DNA of 63,201 nucleotides, the filler included, from Candidatus Babelota bacterium (GTDB lineage: Bacteria; JAGOBX01), in assembly GCA_017999075.1 (NCBI GenBank). It is 13 parts of 13 records of this genome, joined end to end, with 100 filler letters (N's around TTAATTAATTAA, not from the genome) between each part and the next. Parts side by side here need not be neighbours in the genome. Positions count along the whole stretch, not along the records: positions 1 to 11,991 come from JAGOBX010000060.1; positions 12,092 to 24,034 come from JAGOBX010000061.1; 11 more parts are not named here. One strand, 5' to 3'. The position numbers and the translations under genes were made by a program. Positions 10,202 to 21,610 of this stretch are shown one piece after another. The stretch's first letter is position 1. The number at the start of each line of letters is the position of its first letter. Under the pieces are notes generated by a model. The model was not told where the DNA came from. It was given only the letters and a program-made list of their open reading frames with translations, and ran no database searches.

Positions 10202-11773
10202 ATGGATGTTAAGGATTTTAATGATAATATCATCAACTTTTTAAATAAAGTAAATAACGATAAAAATTATATTGAATCGTTAATAGAATATTTAAATATC
10301 CGTGAGCATAAATTTTCTGAAACCGAACAGGAAGCAGCTCCAAAATTGTTATTCAGCCGATCCCCTGAAATAAGATATAACTTTATAAAATTTATAGGAA
10401 AAGTAAAAGACAATACTCTGGCAAGCAGTTTATCTAATATTATAAACGATGATAACGAAAAATATTACATTCAGCTTGAGGCAATATCTACATTGACAAA
10501 ATTAAGCAACGGCGACGAAAATTTAAAGTCCATATTGAAAAAAGCAGTTATTAAACTTTCCACATACAAATGGCAGGAAAAAATTATAGCGAAAAATGTT
10601 TTGGCAAAAAACATTTTTGAACAATTTACCGAATCAATAAAAAACATATTGACAAAAAAATTTGAAATAAAAGTTGTTTCATTGGATACAAAACAAACTC
10701 ATAAGTTTTATCTGAAAGAAAATTTTACTGTAACATCCCGAATATCAAATGATATATATGGCGCTTTGATTCTAAATTTAAATAAAAATACAGCGATAAA
10801 TCTTATTGAAAAATTATACAAAAACGGATTGCTTAATTATCCTCAAAATGAAACAAAAAATGATTATATGATTTTTTATGATTTATTTTCTGCTATTTCA
10901 ATTTTCTATGAAGATATATCTTCAAAATTTCAAAAAAATAATAACATTTATCTTGATTTTTCGCATGCTTCTTATTTTAACCGCTCAAATATAGTGCTTT
11001 CAGAAAAAGAGGATGACGCATATGTTATTAATATAATAACAGATATAGGAGAAATTAATTTCGGATTAATACGAATATCAGAACAGTCGCTTTTGTTTGA
11101 CATCAATGAAATAATGGAGAACCTTAAAATTTTTATTGAAAATAACAAAATAGTCGTAATCTGCAAATCCGTAAAATTTTATATAGAATGTTCATTAATA
11201 AACGACGACAGTTTTAATATAATAGACAACAGACTGATTTTAAACAAAAATTCTTTTAAAAAAGTCCTTCAGTATTTCAATGTATTATCAAACGAAATAA
11301 AAATAGACAGACGCATGAATTCTCAATTTGAAAATAAAATCAGATTTTTAGGGTATGTCTGCGACGATGTTAATCTGTATTCTCAAAACTTCATTTTTCA
11401 TAAACTCGACCAGATAAATCCGGAGTTGCGCGAACGGGTTTTTTCCCAAATGACCACATATAAATATATTTTAAAACTGCACAATGAATTAGTTCAGAAA
11501 ATCATACCTAAAATGAATTATAATGAATTGCTGGCTATAATTTTAAATACTAATAATTCGATTAAAAATAAAATTATGATAAATTGTTCAGATAAAATGA
11601 AAACAACTTTAAGAAATTCAATGAACCAGTGTTTCAATGTTCATCCTGCTCTGGTATTTGAAGCAAAATATAAAATGGGCAGACTGATAAAATCTTTTGT
11701 AGAAAACGATTCCGAGGAATCAAAAAACATATCAAGACTTCTGGCTGAAATAGAGGATAAAACTCAAATCTGA
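10202..11773 (+). CDS. HEAT-repeat / degenerate CheX(CheC)-like / FliG C-terminal-like multidomain protein
   Basis: N-terminal HEAT-like helices; central region resembling CheX; C-terminal NPELRERVFSQMTTYKYILKLHNELVQKII...KIMINCSDKMKTTLRNSM...EAKYKMGRLIK resembling FliG_C. ATG 10202 preferred over the track's TTG 10151. Confidence 0.6.
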   Translation: MDVKDFNDNIINFLNKVNNDKNYIESLIEYLNIREHKFSETEQEAAPKLLFSRSPEIRYNFIKFIGKVKDNTLASSLSNIINDDNEKYYIQLEAISTLTKLSNGDENLKSILKKAVIKLSTYKWQEKIIAKNVLAKNIFEQFTESIKNILTKKFEIKVVSLDTKQTHKFYLKENFTVTSRISNDIYGALILNLNKNTAINLIEKLYKNGLLNYPQNETKNDYMIFYDLFSAISIFYEDISSKFQKNNNIYLDFSHASYFNRSNIVLSEKEDDAYVINIITDIGEINFGLIRISEQSLLFDINEIMENLKIFIENNKIVVICKSVKFYIECSLINDDSFNIIDNRLILNKNSFKKVLQYFNVLSNEIKIDRRMNSQFENKIRFLGYVCDDVNLYSQNFIFHKLDQINPELRERVFSQMTTYKYILKLHNELVQKIIPKMNYNELLAIILNTNNSIKNKIMINCSDKMKTTLRNSMNQCFNVHPALVFEAKYKMGRLIKSFVENDSEESKNISRLLAEIEDKTQI

Positions 11774-11796
11774 TTTTTCCCTATTATATCATTTAC

Positions 11797-11991
11797 ATGA
11801 AAAATTATGATAATGTAAAAAAACTTGAAGCAAAAATCGATACGGAAAAAAACCTCAAAAATTCAATAAGAGACGGAATGGCATATTCTGTAATGTCAGG
11901 TATAGCAGAAAATTTTTTTTCGCCATTTGCTGTATTTTGCGAATTTTCTTCACAGCAAATAGGAACAATAATGTCTTTACCAAGTTCAATA
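11797..11991 (+). CDS. MFS transporter, N-terminal fragment (cut by contig end)
   Basis: KNLKNSIRDGMAYSVMSGIAENFFSPFAV...QQIGTIMSLP resembles the N-terminus of an MFS family. Confidence 0.6.
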
Positions 11992-12091
11992 NNNNNNNNN
12001 NNNNNNNNNNNNNNNNNNNNNNNNNNNNNNNNNNNTTAATTAATTAANNNNNNNNNNNNNNNNNNNNNNNNNNNNNNNNNNNNNNNNNNNN
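11992..12091. other. Artificial contig spacer
   Basis: N44-TTAATTAATTAA-N44 (stops in all six frames). Confidence 0.98.
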
Positions 12092-12559
12092 GTTTATGTC
12101 CCTGCCGGAACCGTTCACGCAATATTGAAAGGAACATTAATTGCGGAAATTCAGCAGCCGTCTGACATTACTTACAGATTTTTTGATTGGAACAGAAACA
12201 ATTCTGACAGGCCTCTGCATATAGAAAATTGTCTTAAAAGCATAAAAAAAACAAAATTAGAAAATCTTATTACAAAACCATATATCTTCTTCAAAAATAA
12301 TAATTGTACTATAACAAAATTATTTAAAAACAAGTTATTTTCAATCAACTCAATTCTTTTTAAAGAGTCTATTCTAATAAGAAATACAAAAAAACAATTC
12401 ATCATCCTTTGCAATATAGGATCCGATTGTTTAATAAAATTATTGCCTAACGGAAAATTTATAAATTTTCCTAAAGGTGATACTATTTTAATTCCAGCAG
12501 TTGCAGAAGGTATAGGATTATTTTCAAATAAACCTGTCAAATTACTTGAAATTACCTGA
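12092..12559 (+). CDS. manA: Class I mannose-6-phosphate isomerase, C-terminal part (5' truncated)
   Basis: Open from the contig edge: VYVPAGTVHAILKGTLIAEIQQPSDITYRFFDWNR...RPLHIE...KGDTILIPA. Confidence 0.85.
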   Translation, partial: VYVPAGTVHAILKGTLIAEIQQPSDITYRFFDWNRNNSDRPLHIENCLKSIKKTKLENLITKPYIFFKNNNCTITKLFKNKLFSINSILFKESILIRNTKKQFIILCNIGSDCLIKLLPNGKFINFPKGDTILIPAVAEGIGLFSNKPVKLLEIT

Positions 12560-12640
12560 ATTCATTGAAATTCAACATCCACTAATTATATTAAAAAACT
12601 GTATAATTAAAAAAAGGGAATCCTTATTTTAAAAAAAAAG

Positions 12641-12669
12641 TTTACAAACTAAAATTTTCAATATATAAT
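12641..12669 (+). promoter_or_regulatory. Sigma70-like promoter, probably leaderless transcript
   Basis: TTTACA-17 nt-TATAAT, with ATG 12677 only 7 nt downstream and no SD sequence. Confidence 0.45.
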
Positions 12670-12676
12670 TTTTTCC

Positions 12677-13393
12677 ATGAAAAATGATTTTGATTATTAT
12701 AGTAATTTTTACAAGTATGAAAGAGTTCAAAAACTTAAAAGAGCTGTTATTATAATAATTTTTATATGCATAACTGTTTCCCTTCTTCATTTTATTTTTT
12801 TACATAAATCTGACAGCGACACTTCTTTTGAGCAGCTTTTAAAAAATTCTACTTTTGAAAATAATAATTCAATATCAATGGAAGAATCATCAGAAATTGA
12901 ATATTTGCCTGATGATTATAGTTATTATTCATATAGAGGCAATTCTAATGTTTTTTCGGGAAAAGGCGGAGTTCCTGCGGGAATGCCTGCAGACGGATAT
13001 ATTTCATCAAGATTCGGATATAGACGCACAGTATTTTCAAAATCAAATTTTTTTCACCAGGGAGTTGATATTCGGGCCCCATATGGAACCAAAATATATT
13101 CTACCGCCGCAGGAAAAGTTGAAGAAGCAGGATTCAGAGGAAGTTATGGTTTTTGTGTGATTCTAAATCATAACAATGGTTTTAAAACTTTGTATGCACA
13201 TTGCCAGCAGTTAACAGTAAAAAAAAATCAATTTGTACAGAGAGGCCAGCTAATAGGCTACGTCGGCAGCACCGGCGCTTCAACCGGTTCACATGTTCAT
13301 TATGAAATTAAAAAAAACGGAAACGCGGTTGATCCTGAAAGATTTTTCGGATATAACGAAAAATCCTGGCAATTAGCAGGAAAAAATAAATAA
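12677..13393 (+). CDS. M23 family metallopeptidase, membrane anchored
   Basis: HQGVD, YAHC and STGSHVHYEI motifs; N-terminal TM. Confidence 0.9.
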   Translation: MKNDFDYYSNFYKYERVQKLKRAVIIIIFICITVSLLHFIFLHKSDSDTSFEQLLKNSTFENNNSISMEESSEIEYLPDDYSYYSYRGNSNVFSGKGGVPAGMPADGYISSRFGYRRTVFSKSNFFHQGVDIRAPYGTKIYSTAAGKVEEAGFRGSYGFCVILNHNNGFKTLYAHCQQLTVKKNQFVQRGQLIGYVGSTGASTGSHVHYEIKKNGNAVDPERFFGYNEKSWQLAGKNK

Positions 13394-13499
13394 CTCCCAA
13401 AAATGACAAATAAATTTGTTAGTGTTGGTTTAAATCAAATATAATTATTCGTTATATTTAATTTTCAAAAGTGAAATAGTTTCAGGTAAAAATAGTTAA

Positions 13500-14606
13500 G
13501 TGATAATATCCTCCATTAAATTAATAAATTTTCGGAATTATGAAAATTTTGAACAGAATTTTTCCAATGGAATTAATTTAATACTTGGAGAAAATTCATC
13601 AGGTAAAACCAATCTTCTTGAATCAATCTATGTTCTTTCAAACACTAAATCTTTCCGGACAGTAAGAGATGATATACTTGTAAAGCATAATAATCAGGGA
13701 TTTTATTTAAAAGGCGTATTCAAAATAAATTCTCTCAGCTACACTTCCGAGTTATCATTGCTGGATAAATCAAAAATAATAAAATTCAATAATGACAGAA
13801 TAAAAAAAATAAGAAATTACATAGATAAAATATTTGTTGTTCTGTATCATCCTTCAAATTTGCATATTATAAATGAAATTCCAATGCATCGAAGAATGTT
13901 TATGAATATAATTTTAAGTAAAACCGATGTGGAATATTATGTTGCCCTGCGTAATTATTTTAAAATTCTTAATGAAAAAAGAGCAGCTTTAAAATTATAT
14001 AAAACAAACTCAATAAATTATGATATAATAGAAGTATTAAATTCAAGATTATCTGAATTCGCTTGTAAAATCATATTATCAAGAATTAAATTCATAAATA
14101 CCTTTAAAGATATTGTTAAAGAAAAATTTAACTCTGTAATGGCAAGAAACTATGATCTTAAACTTGATTATAAAACTAATTGCGCAGATTTATCAAATTA
14201 TAAAAATCATATTGATTCCAATTCTTTAAAAGATGAAATAGAAAAACATTTTTTAAAAGTATTAGGTTCAGAAATAAAATATTGCAAAATAATGACAGGG
14301 ATTCAGTCCGATGATATACTTATAACAAATTCAGGTTATACCGCGAAATTTTATTTTTCCCAGGGAGAAAAAAAAGGATTTGTATTATCTCTAAAATTAA
14401 GCGAAATAGAATATATAAGAAATTATACCGGTCATTATCCGATTGTTTTGTTTGACGATATTTTTTCGGAACTTGACGAGCAGCGAAAAAAATATCTGAT
14501 AAATGAATTGAGCCGCGGATATCAGGCGATTATTACTGACACCAGCAATAATCCGCATCTTGAAAATATGCCGGATTTTAAAAAAATTGAAATTATCAGA
14601 AAATAA
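13500..14606 (+). CDS. recF: DNA replication/repair protein RecF
   Basis: NFRNYE, GENSSGKTNLLESIY, SFRT, SQGEKK and PIVLFDDIFSELD. Confidence 0.92.
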   Translation: MIISSIKLINFRNYENFEQNFSNGINLILGENSSGKTNLLESIYVLSNTKSFRTVRDDILVKHNNQGFYLKGVFKINSLSYTSELSLLDKSKIIKFNNDRIKKIRNYIDKIFVVLYHPSNLHIINEIPMHRRMFMNIILSKTDVEYYVALRNYFKILNEKRAALKLYKTNSINYDIIEVLNSRLSEFACKIILSRIKFINTFKDIVKEKFNSVMARNYDLKLDYKTNCADLSNYKNHIDSNSLKDEIEKHFLKVLGSEIKYCKIMTGIQSDDILITNSGYTAKFYFSQGEKKGFVLSLKLSEIEYIRNYTGHYPIVLFDDIFSELDEQRKKYLINELSRGYQAIITDTSNNPHLENMPDFKKIEIIRK

Positions 14607-14682
14607 ACGTAAAAAATTATATTGATTACTATGATATTATAAATTAAAATACATTCAATAAGAAAAAGGCGGTGAAAATAAA

Positions 14683-16038
14683 TTGAAAAATTTTGATTAT
14701 ATAATTATTGGTGCAGGTTCAGCAAACGAGTTTGCATTTGAAGCTGCTAATAAAGGTTATAAAACAGCTTTGATTGACCAGAGTTTTCCTGGAGGAACTT
14801 GTCTAAACCGCGGATGCATTCCTACCAAGGTTATGTTGCAAAGCGCTGATATCGCTCATTATGTCAAAAACAGCGCTGCGTTCGGAATTAATTCTATTGT
14901 AAACAATATAGACTATTCAGTTATTAAAAAAAAAGTCAATGATATAGTTGAGTTCTGGAGAAACAAACTATATCAAAGGATCGAATCAACTCCTAACCTT
15001 GAATTTATAAATTATCCTGCCAAATTTGTCAGCGATAAAACAATAGAAGTTAATGGAGAAAAAATACGCGGGAATAAATTTATATTAGCTGTGGGAATGA
15101 GGCCTATGATCCCAAAAATTAAAGGATTAGACACAGTAAAATATTTAACCAACGAAAATATACTTACACTTGAAAAAATTCCGGAATCAATAGCAATTCT
15201 CGGCGGCGGATATATCGGTATGGAATTCGCTCATTTTTTTAAATCTCTTGGTTCTGAAGTTTTTATTATCGAAATGAAAGATAAATTATTAGGCGAAATA
15301 GAACCATCCCTTTCAGAAAAATTTAATGAATATGCAGTTGAGCATTATAATGTTTTTGTTAATTCAAAACTCGAATCAGTAGAACAAACGGTGAATAAAA
15401 CAAAACTTATCTGCGACAGAAATGGACAAAAAATAGAAATATCTGCCGAAAAAATTCTCGTTTCAGTAGGCAGAACATGTAATACAGATTCAATCGACTG
15501 CGAGAAGTCAGGAATTCTTTTAGATAAACGTGGATATATAATTGTAAATGATTTTTTTCAATCTAAGAATCAGGATATATGGGCGATCGGCGATTGCATA
15601 GGAACTGCTGCATTCAGGCATATTGCAAATTATCAGGCTGACATTCTGATTAAAAATTTATTATACGGCAAGAGAATCACTCCTGATTATTCAATTACAC
15701 CGTACGCTGTATTCGGATATCCGGAAATAGCATCCGTAGGTTTGTCCTTTAATCAGGCTCGTGAAAAATATAAAAATGTAATTTCAAAAAAACTTGGTTA
15801 TTTCGGCAATGCAAAAGGCAAAGCTTTAGGGTATAAAGGTTTATGCAGAGCAGTAATAGATGCGGATACAGACAAAATATTAGGATTTCATATAATAGGA
15901 CCAAATGCCTCAATATTGATTCATGAAATTCTGCCTGTTATAACTGCAGGATTGCCGTATAAAAATATTACTGATTCCATACATATTCATCCGGCATTAT
16001 CAGAACTTATACCATGGACATTCACTGAAGGCTCATAA
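14683..16038 (+). CDS. Class I pyridine nucleotide-disulfide oxidoreductase (dihydrolipoamide dehydrogenase/mycothione reductase-like)
   Basis: IIGAGS, GGTCLNRGCIPTK redox disulfide, LGGGYIGMEFA and C-terminal HIHPALSE. Confidence 0.88.
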   Translation: MKNFDYIIIGAGSANEFAFEAANKGYKTALIDQSFPGGTCLNRGCIPTKVMLQSADIAHYVKNSAAFGINSIVNNIDYSVIKKKVNDIVEFWRNKLYQRIESTPNLEFINYPAKFVSDKTIEVNGEKIRGNKFILAVGMRPMIPKIKGLDTVKYLTNENILTLEKIPESIAILGGGYIGMEFAHFFKSLGSEVFIIEMKDKLLGEIEPSLSEKFNEYAVEHYNVFVNSKLESVEQTVNKTKLICDRNGQKIEISAEKILVSVGRTCNTDSIDCEKSGILLDKRGYIIVNDFFQSKNQDIWAIGDCIGTAAFRHIANYQADILIKNLLYGKRITPDYSITPYAVFGYPEIASVGLSFNQAREKYKNVISKKLGYFGNAKGKALGYKGLCRAVIDADTDKILGFHIIGPNASILIHEILPVITAGLPYKNITDSIHIHPALSELIPWTFTEGS

Positions 16039-16085
16039 CAACAATATATGAAAAGATTAAAAATAATTTATACAGAGAAAAAATT

Positions 16086-18058
<1,973 letters not shown>

Positions 18059-18064
18059 ATTATT

Positions 18065-19450
18065 GTGAAAAATAATTTTGAGCAATTAATTAAAAAAGGT
18101 AAAATTGCATTAAAAAAATCAGGTGTAAAGTACGGGGAAATTCGTATAGAAGAATATACGGGTTCAAATATTTCCATAGTTGGAAAAGAAGTAGAAGATG
18201 TTAAAACATCTGAAAACCTTGGAGGATGCTGCCGCGCTTTATATTCTAATGGGTGGGGGTTTGTTTCATTTAATGACATTGACAATGTATCGTCCTATTA
18301 TAATGAATCTGCAGAGCAGTCAAAATGCATAAAATCAAAAAAAATTGAATTATTGAAAATCCCTGTTGTAAAAGATTATGATATAATGAAACCTGCTGAT
18401 TCTCCGGAAAAATATAATTTATCTGAAAAATATAAAATTTGTAAAAATTATAATGACATTTTAAAAAAAAATAAAAAGTTGCAAACAAGTTCGGTAAGAT
18501 ACCGGGATACAATAAAAAAAACATTAATTCTTACTACAGAAGGTTCGGAAATTTATTCTGAAACAGCATTTTGCGGAATAGCTGTAACTGCAATGGCAAG
18601 AGACGGAATTAATATTCAATCCGGATATTTTACCCGGGGAGATTATCAGGGTTTTGAAAAAAACATAATTGGACTTGAAGAACAGTGCAGAATAATTTCT
18701 GACCGCGCTGTAAGACTGCTGTCTGCCGAACCTGTAAAACCAGGCAAATATACAATTATAATTGATCCGGTGTTATGCGGAGTTTTTGCTCACGAGGCGT
18801 TTGGACATTTAAGTGAAGCTGATTTTATTTACGAAAATCAAAATATGAAAAGAATAATGAAAATCGGAAGAAAGTTTGGAATCAATGAACTTAATATAAT
18901 AGATGATCCGACTATTCCAAATCTTGCTGGAAGTTATAAATACGATTCTGAATGTGTTAAATCAAAAAAAACATATCTTATTAAAAACGGAATATTAACC
19001 GGACGTCTGCATTCAAGAGAAACGGCATTTAAACTCAAAGAAAAAACCACAGGAAACTGCCGCGCTATAAGCTTCGGATTTCCGCCGATAGTAAGAATGT
19101 CTAATACTTATATTGACAAAGGAAAATATTCTTTCAAAGATATCCTTGAAAAAACAGAATCAGGAATCTATGCAAAAGGATCTATTGGCGGAATGACTAA
19201 TACTGAAATGTTCACATTTTCTTCAGAAGAGGCGTTTTTGATTGAGGAGGGAAAAATAACAAAGCCATTAAGAGACGTAATTTTATCTGGAAATGTCTTT
19301 GAAACATTAAAAAATATTGATATGATCGGTAATGATTTAAAACATAATGGCGGACTCGGTGGTTGCGGGAAAGCGGGTCAATCGCCGCTGCCTGTTACAG
19401 ACGGCGGGCCTCATATTAGAATAAAGGATGTGGTAATCGGTGGAAAATAA
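18065..19450 (+). CDS. tldD: TldD metalloprotease subunit
   Basis: HEAFGHLSEAD, PIVRMSNT and GCGKAGQSPLPVTDGGP. Confidence 0.9.
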   Translation: MKNNFEQLIKKGKIALKKSGVKYGEIRIEEYTGSNISIVGKEVEDVKTSENLGGCCRALYSNGWGFVSFNDIDNVSSYYNESAEQSKCIKSKKIELLKIPVVKDYDIMKPADSPEKYNLSEKYKICKNYNDILKKNKKLQTSSVRYRDTIKKTLILTTEGSEIYSETAFCGIAVTAMARDGINIQSGYFTRGDYQGFEKNIIGLEEQCRIISDRAVRLLSAEPVKPGKYTIIIDPVLCGVFAHEAFGHLSEADFIYENQNMKRIMKIGRKFGINELNIIDDPTIPNLAGSYKYDSECVKSKKTYLIKNGILTGRLHSRETAFKLKEKTTGNCRAISFGFPPIVRMSNTYIDKGKYSFKDILEKTESGIYAKGSIGGMTNTEMFTFSSEEAFLIEEGKITKPLRDVILSGNVFETLKNIDMIGNDLKHNGGLGGCGKAGQSPLPVTDGGPHIRIKDVVIGGK

Positions 19451-20762
19451 ATATGATTTAAAATCACTGGAAAAATTATTAAAACAAAAATGTGACGCAT
19501 TTGAAATTTGTTATTCTGCGAGTCATAATGATGGAATAGGGTTTGAAAATAATAAACTGTTCAGCATTGAAAATAATTATTCTGCAGGAGTGGGCATAAG
19601 ATTAATTAAAAATGGTAAAATAGGTTTTTCTTTCACTACAAACCCTCTGAAAATTAAAGAAACAGTAGGTTATGCTCTGGAAAGCGCAAAATACGGCGAA
19701 CATGCCAAATTCGAATTTTCTGTTCCTCAAAAAAAAAAATGCGAAGTAAAAACATTTGATGAAAATGTTGAAAAAACAGATTTAAAACAAAAAATAAATT
19801 TCGGAAAAAAAATTATCAAACAAATAAATTCGGAAAATTCAGGATTGAATATTTCTATAGGTTTTTCAAAAAGTATAGATAACTTTATATTATTAAATTC
19901 CAATGGAATTGATATTGCCGACAAATCAACCGAATATTCATTTGGAATCTCTCTTTTATCAGTAAATGAAAAAGAAGGATTGCTCGATATAGGCGAATCA
20001 AAGTCAAGACCTTCGTTTATATCCGATTCTGAAATAGAAGATATGATAAAAATTTTAATTGCAAGATACAAAAAAGGAAAATCAATAAAAAAAATCAAAC
20101 AAGGAAAATATCCTGTGATTTTTAATAAATATTCAGTGGGAATTTTATATTCGTGTTTTCTTTCGGCTATAAACGGCAGATCTTTTCAAAAAGGAATTTC
20201 TCCTTTATCTGAAAAAATCAATAAAAAAATTATTGATGAACGAATAACCTTGCGTGATAATCCATTAATAGATTATATGTCAGGGTCTGGAGAATTTGAC
20301 GCTGAAGGACTTCCTGCTTATGAAAAATCATTGATAGAAAAAGGCGTGTTTAAAAATTTTATATTCGATTTAAAAACAGCATCTTTAGTTAATAAAAAAT
20401 CTACGGCAAATGCTGCCAGATCATTTGCTTCTCAGCCGCAACCTTCATTTACAAATTTAACAGTTGATGCAGGTGATACGGATTATTCCGATATGATTAA
20501 AAATATAGACGAAGGAATTTTAGTAGAACAAGCGATTGGCGCAGGACAGAGTAACACTCTCGCAGGAGATTTTTCAGTTAATATAGATTTGGGATATTTA
20601 ATTAAAAACGGAAAAATAACCGGACGCGTTAAAGATTGCATGATAGCCGGAAATGTTTATGATTTATTCAATGATATAAATTGCGTCAGTAAAGATTTAT
20701 TTTATAAAAGTTCAATGATTACGCCTGCAATTTGTTTTAACAAAATAAATGTTGCGGTATAG
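19440..20762 (+). CDS. pmbA: PmbA/TldE subunit
   Basis: GVGIRLI, FDAEG, STANAAR, GDFSV; lacks HExxH; follows tldD. Confidence 0.85.
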   Translation: MENKYDLKSLEKLLKQKCDAFEICYSASHNDGIGFENNKLFSIENNYSAGVGIRLIKNGKIGFSFTTNPLKIKETVGYALESAKYGEHAKFEFSVPQKKKCEVKTFDENVEKTDLKQKINFGKKIIKQINSENSGLNISIGFSKSIDNFILLNSNGIDIADKSTEYSFGISLLSVNEKEGLLDIGESKSRPSFISDSEIEDMIKILIARYKKGKSIKKIKQGKYPVIFNKYSVGILYSCFLSAINGRSFQKGISPLSEKINKKIIDERITLRDNPLIDYMSGSGEFDAEGLPAYEKSLIEKGVFKNFIFDLKTASLVNKKSTANAARSFASQPQPSFTNLTVDAGDTDYSDMIKNIDEGILVEQAIGAGQSNTLAGDFSVNIDLGYLIKNGKITGRVKDCMIAGNVYDLFNDINCVSKDLFYKSSMITPAICFNKINVAV

Positions 20763-20788
20763 TTCACCGTAATTTTTTTAATAAAAAA

Positions 20789-21610
20789 ATGAATAATTCA
20801 AAAATTTTATTTGCAGATTCTTCTTATTATTTATTTAACACTTCTGAAATTACAGCCGGTTTTACTACTCGGTACGGAGGAGTATCTAAAGAACCTTTCA
20901 ATTTTTTGAATTTAGGCATTCATACAGGTGATGACATAAATAATGTTATTCAGAATAGAAAAATATTATCTGAAAAACTAAATGTTAACCCTGAAAAAAT
21001 TGTATTTATGAATCAAACTCATTCAACAAATATCGAATATATATCTCCTGAAAATATTAATCGTTCTGACTTTGGGTTTTATGATATTGATTCCGCCTTT
21101 AAAAATACGGATGCAGTAATTACAAATTATAAAAATATAATGTTATGTGCAATGACTGCGGATTGTTGCCCTGTACTGATTTTTGACAGTTACAATAATT
21201 CTATAGCTGCAATTCACAGCGGGTGGAAAGGAACAATAGGAAAAATCACTGAAAAAACTATTTATAAAATGAAAACTATCTTTCCCTCACTTAAAATTGA
21301 TGCATTAAAAATTTTTATCGGACCCTGTATTTGCGGTAATTGTTATGAAGTTGACATGAAATTCATTAAAATAATTGAATCCTCTTACCCTGAATTTAAA
21401 AGTTATATTGTTTCAAAAAAATCATTATTTTATTTTGACATAAAAAAAATTATAGTTGACGGAATAAAAAATATTGGAATACCCGAATCTAACATTTTCG
21501 ATTCAGAAATTTGTTCATACGAACTTTCAGATAATTTTTATTCATATAGAAAAAACAATAAAACAGGAAGAATTGTCAGTTTTATTAAATTGAAAGGAGA
21601 TGTTGAATGA
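20789..21610 (+). CDS. pgeF: Peptidoglycan editing factor PgeF/YfiH (purine nucleoside phosphorylase-like)
   Basis: FTTRYGGVS, LNLG, QTHS, TADCCPV, HSGWKGT, GPCIC and FYSYR. Confidence 0.9.
   Translation: MNNSKILFADSSYYLFNTSEITAGFTTRYGGVSKEPFNFLNLGIHTGDDINNVIQNRKILSEKLNVNPEKIVFMNQTHSTNIEYISPENINRSDFGFYDIDSAFKNTDAVITNYKNIMLCAMTADCCPVLIFDSYNNSIAAIHSGWKGTIGKITEKTIYKMKTIFPSLKIDALKIFIGPCICGNCYEVDMKFIKIIESSYPEFKSYIVSKKSLFYFDIKKIIVDGIKNIGIPESNIFDSEICSYELSDNFYSYRKNNKTGRIVSFIKLKGDVE

Noticed and set aside
12036-12047. Recurrent TTAATTAATTAA palindrome
   Set aside because: It is always centred in 44+44 Ns; it is an all-frame-stop linker added when contigs were joined.
14683-16038. Mercuric reductase MerA
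   Set aside because: Lacks the C-terminal Cys-Cys pair and the N-terminal HMA domain; ends in an HPxxxE motif typical of the lipoamide dehydrogenase type.
18065-20762. TldD/PmbA as part of a RiPP (microcin-like) cluster
   Set aside because: No precursor peptide, YcaO or transporter nearby; the context is housekeeping (tgt, pgeF, purH).
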